NCBI GenBank assembly: GCA_050742155.1
Contig: JBOGFC010000081.1
Span: forward strand, 1 to 61,789
Source: Acidimicrobiia bacterium
Lineage (GTDB): Bacteria > Actinomycetota > Acidimicrobiia > Spongiisociales > JALYHC01
DNA length: 61,789 nucleotides
Direction: 5' to 3'
Shown here: positions 1 through 8,309 of the stretch, piece after piece
Layout: each line of letters opens with the position of its first letter
Position numbering within the stretch: position 1 is the stretch's first letter
The notes under the pieces: generated by a model
Told to the model about the DNA's origin: nothing
The model's input: only the letters and a program-made list of their open reading frames with translations
Database searches by the model: none
Made by a program: the position numbers and the translations under genes

Positions 1-120
1 TCAGGAGCGTCGTCGGCAAGGACGCAGGACGAAGGCGCACCGGTGGTGCGTTGAGGACGAGGACGCAGCCGACGGCGGTCCTGGCCGCCCTGGACGCGGC
101 AAACGTTGCGTGACGGGGCA

Positions 121-999
121 CTAGATGGCGATGCAGGCCGGTCCCTGCGGGTAGGGCACGGTCTTGCGGTCGGCCCGGGGCGTCTCGATGATCGAGCTGG
201 TGCGGATGATGAGGTGGTTGCGCTCGTCCACCTGCACTTCGAAGCGGTCCATGTTGCGAGGGGCCGGGCCGCCCTCGTACTCGCCGTGCTGGTTGTACCT
301 GGAGCCGTGGCAGGGGCACTCGAAGCCCTGTGACGTGTCACACCAGGGCACTCGGCATCCCAGGTGCACGCAGCGCTGGTAGAGGGCCGTCACCCCCCCG
401 GCCACCACGGAGGTCCCCTCGAAGGCGGTCCCGGCCGTCTCGTCATCGCTGAAGGGGACCACGTAGGCCCGGGCCTCCGGGATGTATCCGCCGGCGGCAG
501 CGATGGTGCCGTCCGCCTGCCGGAGCCTTCCCAGCAGCTCGTCGACGTCCCCGGCGTCGATGTCGGCCCCGAAGCCGCCGCCCAGCTTGGGCCAGAAGAA
601 AGCCAGCATGGAGAGCCCCATCAGCGCCAGGTAGGCGCCGAACGCGGTGAGGAGGGCCCGGTTGAAGAACTGCCGGCGGGTCACCCCGGCCTCCTCGGCG
701 GGGACCTCCTCCACCCGGCGCACCTGGACCGCCTCCACCGCCTCCCCCTCCTCTTCTTCTTCCTCCTCGACGGGACCCCTGGGCGGCGGGGCAGGCTCCG
801 GGATGGTTCGTTCCTCGGGCCGGCCTGGTCGAGCCAACACCGGCACGGCCATGGAGCGGTCCCGCCGCCGGGTGCGGCGGTCGAGGAGCGGGGCCGGGCT
901 CTCGGCGGTCTCCCGGCGGAAGGCGATGGCGAACACCGCCACCATCCCCATGATGGCCACCGCCGCCACGGCCAGGGCCAGGATCTGGGGGGCCGTCAT
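121..999 (-). CDS. Rieske [2Fe-2S] subunit of a cytochrome b6c/bc-type complex
   Basis: 292-aa ORF with Rieske boxes CVHLGC and CPCHGS. It has an N-terminal TM helix, an acidic E-run linker, and an internal twin-arginine motif (TRRQFF) before a second TM. A GGGAGG SD lies upstream of the ATG at 999. It is the last gene of a tightly packed minus-strand operon. Confidence 0.9.
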   Translation of the reverse strand: MTAPQILALAVAAVAIMGMVAVFAIAFRRETAESPAPLLDRRTRRRDRSMAVPVLARPGRPEERTIPEPAPPPRGPVEEEEEEEGEAVEAVQVRRVEEVPAEEAGVTRRQFFNRALLTAFGAYLALMGLSMLAFFWPKLGGGFGADIDAGDVDELLGRLRQADGTIAAAGGYIPEARAYVVPFSDDETAGTAFEGTSVVAGGVTALYQRCVHLGCRVPWCDTSQGFECPCHGSRYNQHGEYEGGPAPRNMDRFEVQVDERNHLIIRTSSIIETPRADRKTVPYPQGPACIAI

Positions 1000-1015
1000 G
1001 GCGGGCCTCCCACGC

Positions 1016-1954
1016 TCACCGGGACTGCTCGGCGAACCAGGAGGTCTCCCGGAACCAAGCCAGCAGGTCGTCGAACCAGATCCCGTCCGACCACGGATAG
1101 GTGAAGTTGAAGCCCGGGCCCCGGAAGAGGACTCCGAAGATGGTCAAGGTGCCGGCCGCCATCAGGAAGAAGGTGAACAGCATGATGGCGAACTTGCGGT
1201 CGGTGGGCCGGGTGGAGGGGTTGCGGTCCATGTAGGGGATGGCCATCAGCGCCAGCAGCCCCAGGCCGGGGATCAGGACGCCGGCGATCTGCGGGTCGAA
1301 GTAGGAGAGCAGCTCCTGCAGGCCCAGGAAGTACCAGGGGGCCTTGGAAGGGTTGGGGGTGAGGTTGAAGTTGGCCAGCTCGAGGAGGGGGGCCTGGAGG
1401 ACCACCGAGAGGACGGTCAGGAAGGCGGTCACCGCCAGCAGGGCCGTGAACTCGGCGGCCACCAGGTGCGGCCAGACGCTGACCCGGTCGATGGGCTCGG
1501 CCTTGACCTGCTGGATGGCCCGCGACTTGACCACTGTGAGGAGTCGGTGGCTGCGCACTCCCTCCGGAAAGGCGGGGGGCGGCTGTTTCTGGGGGGTCAC
1601 CGAGGTGGGCCCCGGGGGCTGGGATGGCTGGCCCCCTCCCCCTTCGGGGGAGGGTTGGGGTGGGGGTTCGACTACCGGGGCGCCCACCGCAGCCGGACCC
1701 TTCTCCTCCTCGGCTCCGGGCTCGGCAGCGGGGGCCTCGGCGACGGGGGTGGGCTCCGCCTGGCCCCCTTCGGGGGCAGGTTCGGCCGCGACCTCCGGCA
1801 CGGCAGGCGGGGCCGCCTCGCCCCCCGAACCCCCCGGGGCCGGCGGCGGGGCCTCGCCCTTCCACTCGGCCAGCACCTGCTCGACCGGGACGCCTCTCGC
1901 CTTGGCGCGGGCCTCGGCCGATCTCTGCAGCAGGTGGTCTGGGATATCTACCAC
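1016..1954 (-). CDS. Cytochrome b C-terminal domain protein (b6f subunit IV-like) with an N-terminal soluble module and a Pro/Ala/Glu-rich linker
   Basis: 312-aa ORF with a GTG start preceded by GGAGG. The C-terminal 3-TM part carries KAPWYFLGLQELL (PEWY-region equivalent) and resembles PetD or the C-terminal part of cytochrome b. N-terminal residues 1-32 are paralogous to the N-termini of the ORFs at 5492 and 6468. Confidence 0.85.
   Translation of the reverse strand: MVDIPDHLLQRSAEARAKARGVPVEQVLAEWKGEAPPPAPGGSGGEAAPPAVPEVAAEPAPEGGQAEPTPVAEAPAAEPGAEEEKGPAAVGAPVVEPPPQPSPEGGGGQPSQPPGPTSVTPQKQPPPAFPEGVRSHRLLTVVKSRAIQQVKAEPIDRVSVWPHLVAAEFTALLAVTAFLTVLSVVLQAPLLELANFNLTPNPSKAPWYFLGLQELLSYFDPQIAGVLIPGLGLLALMAIPYMDRNPSTRPTDRKFAIMLFTFFLMAAGTLTIFGVLFRGPGFNFTYPWSDGIWFDDLLAWFRETSWFAEQSR
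1632..1666. repeat. Repeat family B, copy 1 (C-tract/G-tract element CCCCCTCCCCC-N-GGGGGAGGG-TTGGGGTGGGGG)
   Basis: It lies inside the linker-coding part of the subunit IV-like gene and is translated on the minus strand as PPPQPSPEGGGG. Confidence 0.75.
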
Positions 1955-1964
1955 GCCGCCTCCT

Positions 1965-2759
1965 CTAGAGCGGTCCGGAGATGCCGCCGTCCTTCCGCAC
2001 CCGCCAGAAGTGCACGGACAGGAAGACCACCAGTATGAACGGCAGCATAAAGACGTGTAAGACGTACCAGCGCAAGAGGGTCGGGGCCCCGATCTCGACG
2101 CTCCCCAGCAGGGCGAAGCGGACCTGGTTGCCGAATACCGGTGTGTATCCGGCCATGTTGGTGCCCACCGTCACCGCCCATAGGGCGAGCTGGTCCCAGG
2201 GAAGCAGGTAGCCGGTGAAGGAGAGCAGCAGGGTGAGGAGTAACAGGATCACCCCGACCACCCAGTTGAACTCCCGAGGCGGCTTGTAGGCGCCGTGGTA
2301 GAAGACACGGGACATGTGCAGGAAGACCGACAGCGTCATGAGGTGGGCGCCCCACCGATGCATGTTGCGCACCAGCGACCCGAAGGCGACCCCGGTGGAG
2401 AGGGCCTGCATGTCCTCGTAGGCGGTGGGGACGGCCGGCGTGTAATAGAACATCAGGAAGACGCCGGTGATGGTGAGCAGGATGAAGAGGAAGAAGGTCA
2501 AGCCTCCCAGGCAGAGCGTGTAAGAGAGGCGCACCCCGTGCCGCTTCACCTTGACGGGGTGAAGGTGGTACAGGACATTGTTCATGATCACGTAGGACCG
2601 GTTGCGGGGGCTGTCGGAGTAGGCGGCCCGGAAAGGAGAGCCGGGACGGAAGATGCTCGACCAGACCTGGCTCTCCCGCACCCGCTGAGCCTGGCGGCTG
2701 ACCTGGTCGGGCAGCTGGGCGATCCGCCCCCGCAGCCCGTTGCCGTTGTCGTTGGCCAC
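1965..2759 (-). CDS. Cytochrome b6-like protein (cytochrome b N-terminal, 4-helix heme-binding domain)
   Basis: 264-aa ORF with a GTG start preceded by GGGAGG. Helix B has a His pair 13 residues apart (RNMH...FLHM). Helix D has a His pair 14 residues apart (VLHV...SVHF), as in b6-type proteins. YTLCLGG resembles the heme-ci Cys motif YCLGG. Confidence 0.9.
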   Translation of the reverse strand: MANDNGNGLRGRIAQLPDQVSRQAQRVRESQVWSSIFRPGSPFRAAYSDSPRNRSYVIMNNVLYHLHPVKVKRHGVRLSYTLCLGGLTFFLFILLTITGVFLMFYYTPAVPTAYEDMQALSTGVAFGSLVRNMHRWGAHLMTLSVFLHMSRVFYHGAYKPPREFNWVVGVILLLLTLLLSFTGYLLPWDQLALWAVTVGTNMAGYTPVFGNQVRFALLGSVEIGAPTLLRWYVLHVFMLPFILVVFLSVHFWRVRKDGGISGPL

Positions 2760-2770
2760 TCAGCCTCCCG

Positions 2771-3220
2771 TCACAGCTTGCCGTAGATGTACCCGTGCGT
2801 GTGGTCGCGCTCGCCGGTGTCGACCTCCCAGGGCGCCAGCTCATCCTCCCCGAGCGCCTCTTCCGAGCCTCGGGCCGCCGGACCGAACTTGCCCAGCACG
2901 ATGACGCCGGTCGGGCAGCGATCTACGCACAGCGCACAGCGAGTGCACTCGTCCTCGTCGACCACGAAGATCACGCCCGCATCCGGATCGTCGGCCGGAT
3001 GGGGCACGTTGACCGCCTCGGCCACGGAGTCCGGGGCCAGCATGTGGATGCACTTCCAGGGGCAGATGTCCACGCAGCCCTCGCAGAGGATGCACTCCGA
3101 CTGGTTGATCAGCAGGAACTGCTTGGACCGCACCGAGGCCTGGACCAGGTCGGTCTCCACCTCGGCGAGCTGGTAATCGTCCCGGAAGGGGGGCAGCTCG
3201 AACCAGACCTCCTTGGCCAT
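2771..3220 (-). CDS. 2x[4Fe-4S] ferredoxin-domain protein
   Basis: Two CxxCxxCxxxCP motifs (CILCEGCVDICP and CTRCALCVDRCP). The start is taken at MAKEVWFEL (ATG at 3220), 1 nt from the stop of the upstream gene. The longest ORF extends to 3253. Confidence 0.8.
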   Translation of the reverse strand: MAKEVWFELPPFRDDYQLAEVETDLVQASVRSKQFLLINQSECILCEGCVDICPWKCIHMLAPDSVAEAVNVPHPADDPDAGVIFVVDEDECTRCALCVDRCPTGVIVLGKFGPAARGSEEALGEDELAPWEVDTGERDHTHGYIYGKL

Positions 3221-3221
3221 C

Positions 3222-3887
3222 TCAGCGCCCTCCCGCTCCGGGCGCCTTCCCAAACGCTCCGGTCCCGGGCCGGACCAGGGTCCGCCCGTACGGCGAGGTG
3301 CGAGGGGGTGGTGGAGGAGGAGGCTGCTTGGCCCGCTCCTGGAGCTGGTAGGCGCCCACGATCACCGCCAGCAGGGCCACCGTGTTGTAGCCCCCCGAGA
3401 TGGCGTCCTTGATGGCGCCGTAGCTGATCGACACCTCGTTGTTGAGCATGAGCCAACGGGGGATGGTGAAGGCCCGCTTCTGGGCGGTCCAGGCCAGGTC
3501 GCTTTGCGTGAGGGTGAGCCATTCGGAGGGGATGATCCCGAAGAAGAGGACCACCTCCAGAGTGGCGATCAGGGCGGACACGGCCGCTCGCGCCCAGGTC
3601 ATCGGCCGGTCGAGGAGCCAGGCGTAGACGAAGGCGGCCACGGCGAGCTGGCCGCCCACCAGGGCGACGATCTGCCCGACGGTCCTCAGCAACCAGCCGC
3701 GCGGGATGGCCGGCAGGATCGGTAGGCCGGTGATCGGATCCTCCTCGGGGAGTCCGGTGAAGTGAGCCAAGGCGATCCCCGCCGCCAGGACGATCAGGCC
3801 GACGGTGATCCCGAGGATGCCGATTCGGATGCGCCGCGCATCGTTCATGTGAATTCCTTCACTCTCGAACTGCTCACGCAGGCTCAT
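3222..3887 (-). CDS. Hypothetical integral membrane protein (about 4 TM), first gene of the b6/Rieske operon
   Basis: The ORF frame runs 3222-4040. Plausible starts are ATG 3887 (MSLREQ) or ATG 3848 (MNDARR). It has hydrophobic helices and a poly-Pro C-terminal tail. No recognisable family motif. Confidence 0.55.
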   Translation of the reverse strand: MSLREQFESEGIHMNDARRIRIGILGITVGLIVLAAGIALAHFTGLPEEDPITGLPILPAIPRGWLLRTVGQIVALVGGQLAVAAFVYAWLLDRPMTWARAAVSALIATLEVVLFFGIIPSEWLTLTQSDLAWTAQKRAFTIPRWLMLNNEVSISYGAIKDAISGGYNTVALLAVIVGAYQLQERAKQPPPPPPPRTSPYGRTLVRPGTGAFGKAPGAGGR

Positions 3888-3922
3888 TAGTAGCAGGCCG
3901 GGGGGGGAAGCCGAAGAGCCGG

Positions 3923-3957
3923 CCCTCCGCTCCCTCTGGGAGAGGGGTCGGCAAGGG
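3923..3957. repeat. Repeat family B, copy 2 (degenerate)
   Basis: CCCTCCGCTCCCTCTGGGAGAGGGGTCGGCAAGGG in the divergent intergenic region between the two respiratory operons. Confidence 0.5.
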
Positions 3958-4026
3958 CCGGTGCTTTGACGGCCGCGGCCCGGGCGAGGACAATGCCGCC
4001 ACCCCGGGCGACCACGAAGGAGGGGC

Positions 4027-5499
4027 TTGCCAACCGTCACGGAGAGGAAGGCTTCGCCCGCCCCGTCGGGCCGGGGGCGCAGCCGGCTGCTGGGGCTGGT
4101 GGCTTCCGAGCAGGCCGACTCGGCCGCCCGCCGCCACCTGGCGGTTGCCGCTCTCTTCTTGGTGGTGGCGGTCTTCTTGGGCTTGCTGACCTTCTTCCAG
4201 GCGAGGACGCCCGGGTTGGGCTCGGCGTTCCTGGCCTACGGGCGGGTGCGGCCCATGTACACCAACGCGGCGATCTTCGGTTGGTTGGGACTGGGCGGAA
4301 TGAGCGTCGTGTACTACCTGACCCCCCGGCTGACCGGGGTGCGGCTCTGGGGCGAGAGCCTGGCCAATGCCAACCTCTGGCTCTCGGTGCTGGCCTACGC
4401 GGTAGGGATCGCCTCCCTCGGCCTCGGGCTCACCGACGGACGCACCCTCCTCGAGTTCCCGTTGTGGCTCGACCCGGTGGTGGCGGTGACGCTGGCGGTG
4501 CCGGCGTTGGTGGTGACCCGCACGGTGGCCCGGGGGCGGGAGCGCAACCTCTACGTCTCCCTCTGGTATTTGCTGGCCGCCCCCTGGTGGGGCCTCCTCC
4601 TGTACTTGGCCGGGAATCTGCCGGGGCTGTCGGGGGTCGGCTCGGCCGTCCAGAACTGGTTCTTCGCCGGGAACGTGCTGGGCCTGTGGCTGGCCGGGCT
4701 GGCGGTGGGAGCGGCCTACTACGTGGTCCCCAAGGCCACTGGCAACCCTCTCCACAGCCATGCCTTGGCACTGGTGGGCTTCTGGTCGCTCGCCTTCACC
4801 CAACCCTGGACCGGCCAGTCCGGGGCGGTGCACGGTCCGGGGCCGGACTGGCTGGAGACCGTGGCCATCGTCTTCTCGGTGGCGCTGCTGATCCCCATCC
4901 TGGCCGTGGTGGCCAACCTGGCCGCCACCATGCGAGGCGAGTGGGAGATGCTCGATACGTCTTTCGCCTTGCGTTTCGCCTTGCTGGGAGCCGTCTCCTA
5001 TGTTTTGGTGGGGGTGATGGGAGCCTTCCAGGCCACCCGCTCGGCGGCGTCGGTGATCGGCCTCACGCCGTGGGAGGAAGGCACCTTCTCCCTTGCTCTG
5101 TTCGGGGTGCTCACCTCGTTCGTCGCCTCGTTCATCTACTACGCCTGGCCGCGCCTCATCGGACGGGACTGGTTCCGGTTCTCGCTCGGCGAGTGGCACT
5201 TTCGCCTCACTGCCGGGGGGGTGCTGGTGATGACGGTGGCGCTGTGGGCGGCCGGGCTGATCTCCGGATACAACTGGGCGGCCGGGGCCTCCACGGGAGC
5301 CTTCGCCAACACCGGGGAGGGCTTCGCCCAGAGCCTTGCCGGGGTGGGGTTCTTCTCCTTCCTGGCCACGTTGGGGATGGCGGCCGTGAGCCTGGGGCAG
5401 GGGCTGTTCGTCTTCCACCTCTATCGCACCTACACCTCCGGGCCCGCCATCCCCCAGGAGATGCTCGTCACGGTGGACCGGGAGCCCGAGGTTGGCTGA
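4027..5499 (+). CDS. Heme-copper oxidase subunit I homolog (cbb3 CcoN-like), apparently lacking the canonical metal-ligand histidines
   Basis: 490-aa, 12-TM-type ORF. Blocks GRVRPMYTNAAIFGW, QNWFFAGNVLGL, YYVVPKATGNPL, VGFWSLAF, GPGPDW and GEWHFRL match CcoN signature blocks recalled from the Pseudomonas stutzeri protein. The TTG start at 4027 is uncertain. It overlaps the next gene by 8 nt. Confidence 0.75.
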   Translation: MPTVTERKASPAPSGRGRSRLLGLVASEQADSAARRHLAVAALFLVVAVFLGLLTFFQARTPGLGSAFLAYGRVRPMYTNAAIFGWLGLGGMSVVYYLTPRLTGVRLWGESLANANLWLSVLAYAVGIASLGLGLTDGRTLLEFPLWLDPVVAVTLAVPALVVTRTVARGRERNLYVSLWYLLAAPWWGLLLYLAGNLPGLSGVGSAVQNWFFAGNVLGLWLAGLAVGAAYYVVPKATGNPLHSHALALVGFWSLAFTQPWTGQSGAVHGPGPDWLETVAIVFSVALLIPILAVVANLAATMRGEWEMLDTSFALRFALLGAVSYVLVGVMGAFQATRSAASVIGLTPWEEGTFSLALFGVLTSFVASFIYYAWPRLIGRDWFRFSLGEWHFRLTAGGVLVMTVALWAAGLISGYNWAAGASTGAFANTGEGFAQSLAGVGFFSFLATLGMAAVSLGQGLFVFHLYRTYTSGPAIPQEMLVTVDREPEVG

Positions 5500-6439
5500 A
5501 CTGTCCGAAGTCGCCGAGAAGCTGGGCGTTCCGGAACGGCTCATCGAACGGTCCGCTTCCGCCCGGGCGTCTGCGGAGGGCGTGCCGGTGGAGGAGGTCC
5601 TGGACGCCTGGCTGGAGGGGGGAGCCATCGAGACAGGTGTGGCTCCTGCTGCCGTCGAGGAACGGCTTCCAGAAGAGGAGGCGCCCGAATTCGAAGAGGA
5701 AGTCGTCGAGGAGGAGGAGGCTGTTCCCGTGGGGGCCGCCGCTCCCGTGGCCCAGGCTCCTCCCGTGCAACGTCCGGCACCCGCTCCCGTGGGGCGCCCG
5801 CCCCGCCCCACGGGGCCGCCTCCCCTGCGGGAGCCGGAGAGGAGCGACAACCCCCGCTTCGTCCTGGCCGGGGCGCTCTCGCTCTTCGCCCTTGGGCTGG
5901 TCATGACCGTCGTGCTGCCGATCCTGGAAGCCGCGCAAGCCCGGCCGACCGAGCTGGCGGCCACCTGGCGCAATTACCCGGCCCTCAGTTCAGGGGAGGC
6001 CTCTCCCACCTTGGCTGAGGCCGGCCTGGATCCCGAGCTGGTGGCGGGCGGCCGCCGGATCTACGTGACGGAGGGCTGTTGGTACTGTCACACCCAGCAG
6101 GTGCGCCCGATCATCACGGACGCGGGGTTGGGTCCGGTGACCCGGCCGGGCGATCTGGTCTTCGAGCGCCCCCACCTCCTGGGGAGCCAGAGGATCGGCC
6201 CCGACCTCATGCACGTGGGCGCCCGGGAACCCACCGATCAGGTCGAGTTCGTCAAGGCCTACCTGATCGACCCGCAGGCCGAGCGACGCTACTCCTCCAT
6301 GCCCCCCTACGGCCACCTTTCCGACCAGGACCTCACCGCCCTGGCCCAGTACCTGGTGAGCCTGAAGGGCTCCCTGCCCGAGGAGGAGGAGGGAGACGAG
6401 GGTGAGTCCACGACCACCACGACGGCCCCGGCCGGCTGA
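5492..6439 (+). CDS. CcoO-like monoheme cytochrome c (cbb3 subunit II homolog) with an N-terminal extension
   Basis: 315 aa. The C-terminal part reads IYVTEGCWYCHTQQVRP...LLGSQRIGPDLMHVG...MPPYGHL. This gives a CxxCH heme site, a Met ligand and the CcoO block order. The TTG start is supported by nucleotide-level paralogy with the ATG start at 6468. Confidence 0.85.
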   Translation: MAELSEVAEKLGVPERLIERSASARASAEGVPVEEVLDAWLEGGAIETGVAPAAVEERLPEEEAPEFEEEVVEEEEAVPVGAAAPVAQAPPVQRPAPAPVGRPPRPTGPPPLREPERSDNPRFVLAGALSLFALGLVMTVVLPILEAAQARPTELAATWRNYPALSSGEASPTLAEAGLDPELVAGGRRIYVTEGCWYCHTQQVRPIITDAGLGPVTRPGDLVFERPHLLGSQRIGPDLMHVGAREPTDQVEFVKAYLIDPQAERRYSSMPPYGHLSDQDLTALAQYLVSLKGSLPEEEEGDEGESTTTTTAPAG

Positions 6440-6467
6440 TCGGTGAAGGGGCCTACTCTGCCAACAG

Positions 6468-7454
6468 ATGGCTGATCTCTCCGAAGTCTCCACCAAGCTG
6501 GGGGTCCCTGAGCGGCTGGTCGAGCGCTCGGCGGCCGCTCGGGCCGCCGCCGAGGGCGTCCCGGTGGAGGAGGTCCTCGACGCCTGGCTGGCGGGTGGGT
6601 TGGTAGGGGGGGAGGGAAGTCCCCCGGCCGCGGGGGCGCCGGTGAAGGAAGAGGCTCCCCCCGAGGAGGCCGCGGAGGAGGTCCCCGAAGAAGAGGAGAA
6701 GGCCGAGCCGGTCCCGGCGCCGGCCGCAGCCGAGCCCGAGCGGGTCCCGGTGGCGGCGGCCGTCGAGCAGGAGGTCCTACCGGACGAGGAGCGGGACCTG
6801 GTCACCGTGGTCGGAACCGTCGGTCTCCGGGAACGGCGCGATTCCTCCATCCCCCGCTGGCTCCTGGTGGCCTTCCTGGTGGTGCCGCTCTACGCGCTCT
6901 TCTATGTGGTGGTCTATGCCGGGGGGGCGGAGTGCGGGGCCGCCGGGCTGCTCCAGGTGGACGAGGAGACCGGCGGGCTCCTCAACTGCGACGGCAGCCC
7001 CTTCACGCCCGGTGGGGTGGCGGGAGGAGAAGGCGACTTCCTGGCCATGGGCCGGACGCTGTATGCGTCGTCCCCGGCGGTGTGCGCCCGCTGCCACGGT
7101 CGAGGTGGTGAAGGCGGCACTGGGCCGCCGCTCTCCGGTGGGGCCGTGCTCCAGACCTTCCCCGACTGTGACACACACGTGCAATGGGTGACGCTGGGGT
7201 CCAACAATTGGCCGGAGGGGACCTACGGGGCGCCCCAGAAGCCGGTCAGGGGGGGCATGCCCTCGTTCGGGATCGAGGTGGGAGGGCCGCTGTCCGAGGA
7301 GGAGATACGGGCGGTGGTCCTCTTCGAGCGGGTCCAGCACGGCGGCCGGCCCCTCGAGGAGGCGCTCGCCGAGTGCGGCCTGGCGGAGCCCGCGGAGGAA
7401 GACCCCGCTCAGGAGGGCGCCGAAGGGGCCTCCACTTCGACTACCGGGGGATGA
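6468..7454 (+). CDS. Membrane-anchored class I cytochrome c (monoheme, CcoP-like role possible)
   Basis: 328 aa with the N-terminal shared module, an acidic linker and one TM. The cytochrome c domain carries CARCH and GGMPSFG (Met ligand). Confidence 0.85.
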   Translation: MADLSEVSTKLGVPERLVERSAAARAAAEGVPVEEVLDAWLAGGLVGGEGSPPAAGAPVKEEAPPEEAAEEVPEEEEKAEPVPAPAAAEPERVPVAAAVEQEVLPDEERDLVTVVGTVGLRERRDSSIPRWLLVAFLVVPLYALFYVVVYAGGAECGAAGLLQVDEETGGLLNCDGSPFTPGGVAGGEGDFLAMGRTLYASSPAVCARCHGRGGEGGTGPPLSGGAVLQTFPDCDTHVQWVTLGSNNWPEGTYGAPQKPVRGGMPSFGIEVGGPLSEEEIRAVVLFERVQHGGRPLEEALAECGLAEPAEEDPAQEGAEGASTSTTGG

Positions 7455-7585
7455 TCGCCGGGTCGGGCCAATCCGGCCCGGCCGTGGCAGCGAAATCCCA
7501 CTAGGGACAGAAGAGTCGAGGCGACGCGCCTGCGGACCGCCAGTAGTGGGGTCCGGGGCAGCGAGCAGGGAGAGAGGCGGGTCTG

Positions 7586-8179
7586 GTGACGGCTCCGCAT
7601 CCCGCCCAGGATCAGCTCCTGGTGCACCTCATCAGCGGCGGGAACACCGAAGCCATGCGCAGGTTCTACGAGCTGCACTTCCCGAGGGCCCTGAGGGTCG
7701 CCCAGCGGATCCTGCGCTCTCGTGCCTTGGCCGAGGAAGTGTGCCAGGAGGCGTTCCTGCAGCTCTGGACCCAGGCCGACCGGGTGGACGACGCTCCGGG
7801 GGCCGGACTGCACTTTCTCATGCTGCTGATCCACCGGCGATCGATCGACGTGGTCCGGCGTGAGGAGCGCCATCGCTCGGTCAGGGCGTCGGCTCCTCAC
7901 CTCCCGGACATCGCCGACCAGGTGGTGATTGCCGACGCGTGGAACAGGGTCGTGCGGGAGGCCAACAACCTCGAGGAGCCCTATCGAAGCGTCGTCGTCC
8001 TCGCCTATCTGGAGAACCGCACCTGCCGGCAGGTGGCCGAGATCCTGCAGGTGCCGGAGGGCACCGTCAAGTCGTGGAGGCGGGCGGCCCTCAAGCAGCT
8101 TCGGGCCAGGCTCGCCCACCCGCGGGCACGGAAGCTTGGTGGGCTGCAAACCCCGGCTCGGCCCTCGAGCGCTGCCTGA
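7586..8179 (+). CDS. ECF-type RNA polymerase sigma-70 family factor
   Basis: 197 aa. The region 2 block is EVCQEAFLQLW. The region 4 HTH block is YRSVVVLAYLENRTCRQVAEILQVPEGTVKSWRRAALKQLR. GTG start. Confidence 0.9.
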   Translation: MTAPHPAQDQLLVHLISGGNTEAMRRFYELHFPRALRVAQRILRSRALAEEVCQEAFLQLWTQADRVDDAPGAGLHFLMLLIHRRSIDVVRREERHRSVRASAPHLPDIADQVVIADAWNRVVREANNLEEPYRSVVVLAYLENRTCRQVAEILQVPEGTVKSWRRAALKQLRARLAHPRARKLGGLQTPARPSSAA

Positions 8180-8309
8180 GGGTGACCAGGCCAGTTCGCG
8201 AAAAGCTCCCTCATCGAGGGCCGGCCGCCCAGCGAATACGAGGCGAGCCGTACGACGAGCCGGCGCGGCTCGACCGGCCCCCAGCGGGGCGGAGCTGAGG
8301 GAGGCGTCC

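Noticed and set aside
1-120. A possible 3' end of another minus-strand gene (tca at 1-3), or a terminator downstream of the Rieske gene.
   Set aside because: There is too little sequence to identify a reading frame, and no convincing stem-loop with a U-tract.
3874-5973. A 699-aa ORF on the minus strand, antisense to the CcoN-like and CcoO-like genes. Similar very long antisense ORFs occur at 9277-10674, 13204-14775, 22185-24599, 24536-25918, 29204-30580, 30844-32388, 37971-39149, 44663-46048 and 47073-48203.
   Set aside because: These are shadow ORFs typical of high-GC DNA. Their translations are Arg/Gly/Pro/His-rich low-complexity strings without motifs. The opposite strand in each case encodes a protein with unmistakable family signatures.
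7929-8309. The 5' part of the 421-aa ORF that overlaps the ECF sigma gene and the sigma-downstream spacer. Also a 38-codon frame (GTG 8182 to 8298) with fairly high third-position GC, which could be a mini anti-sigma peptide.
   Set aside because: The 7929 frame has weak codon bias before about 8300 and overlaps the sigma gene. A TTG with a good SD at 8310 is a better start. The 38-codon ORF has no motif or detectable SD and is too short to call from sequence alone. It is worth checking by ribosome profiling.
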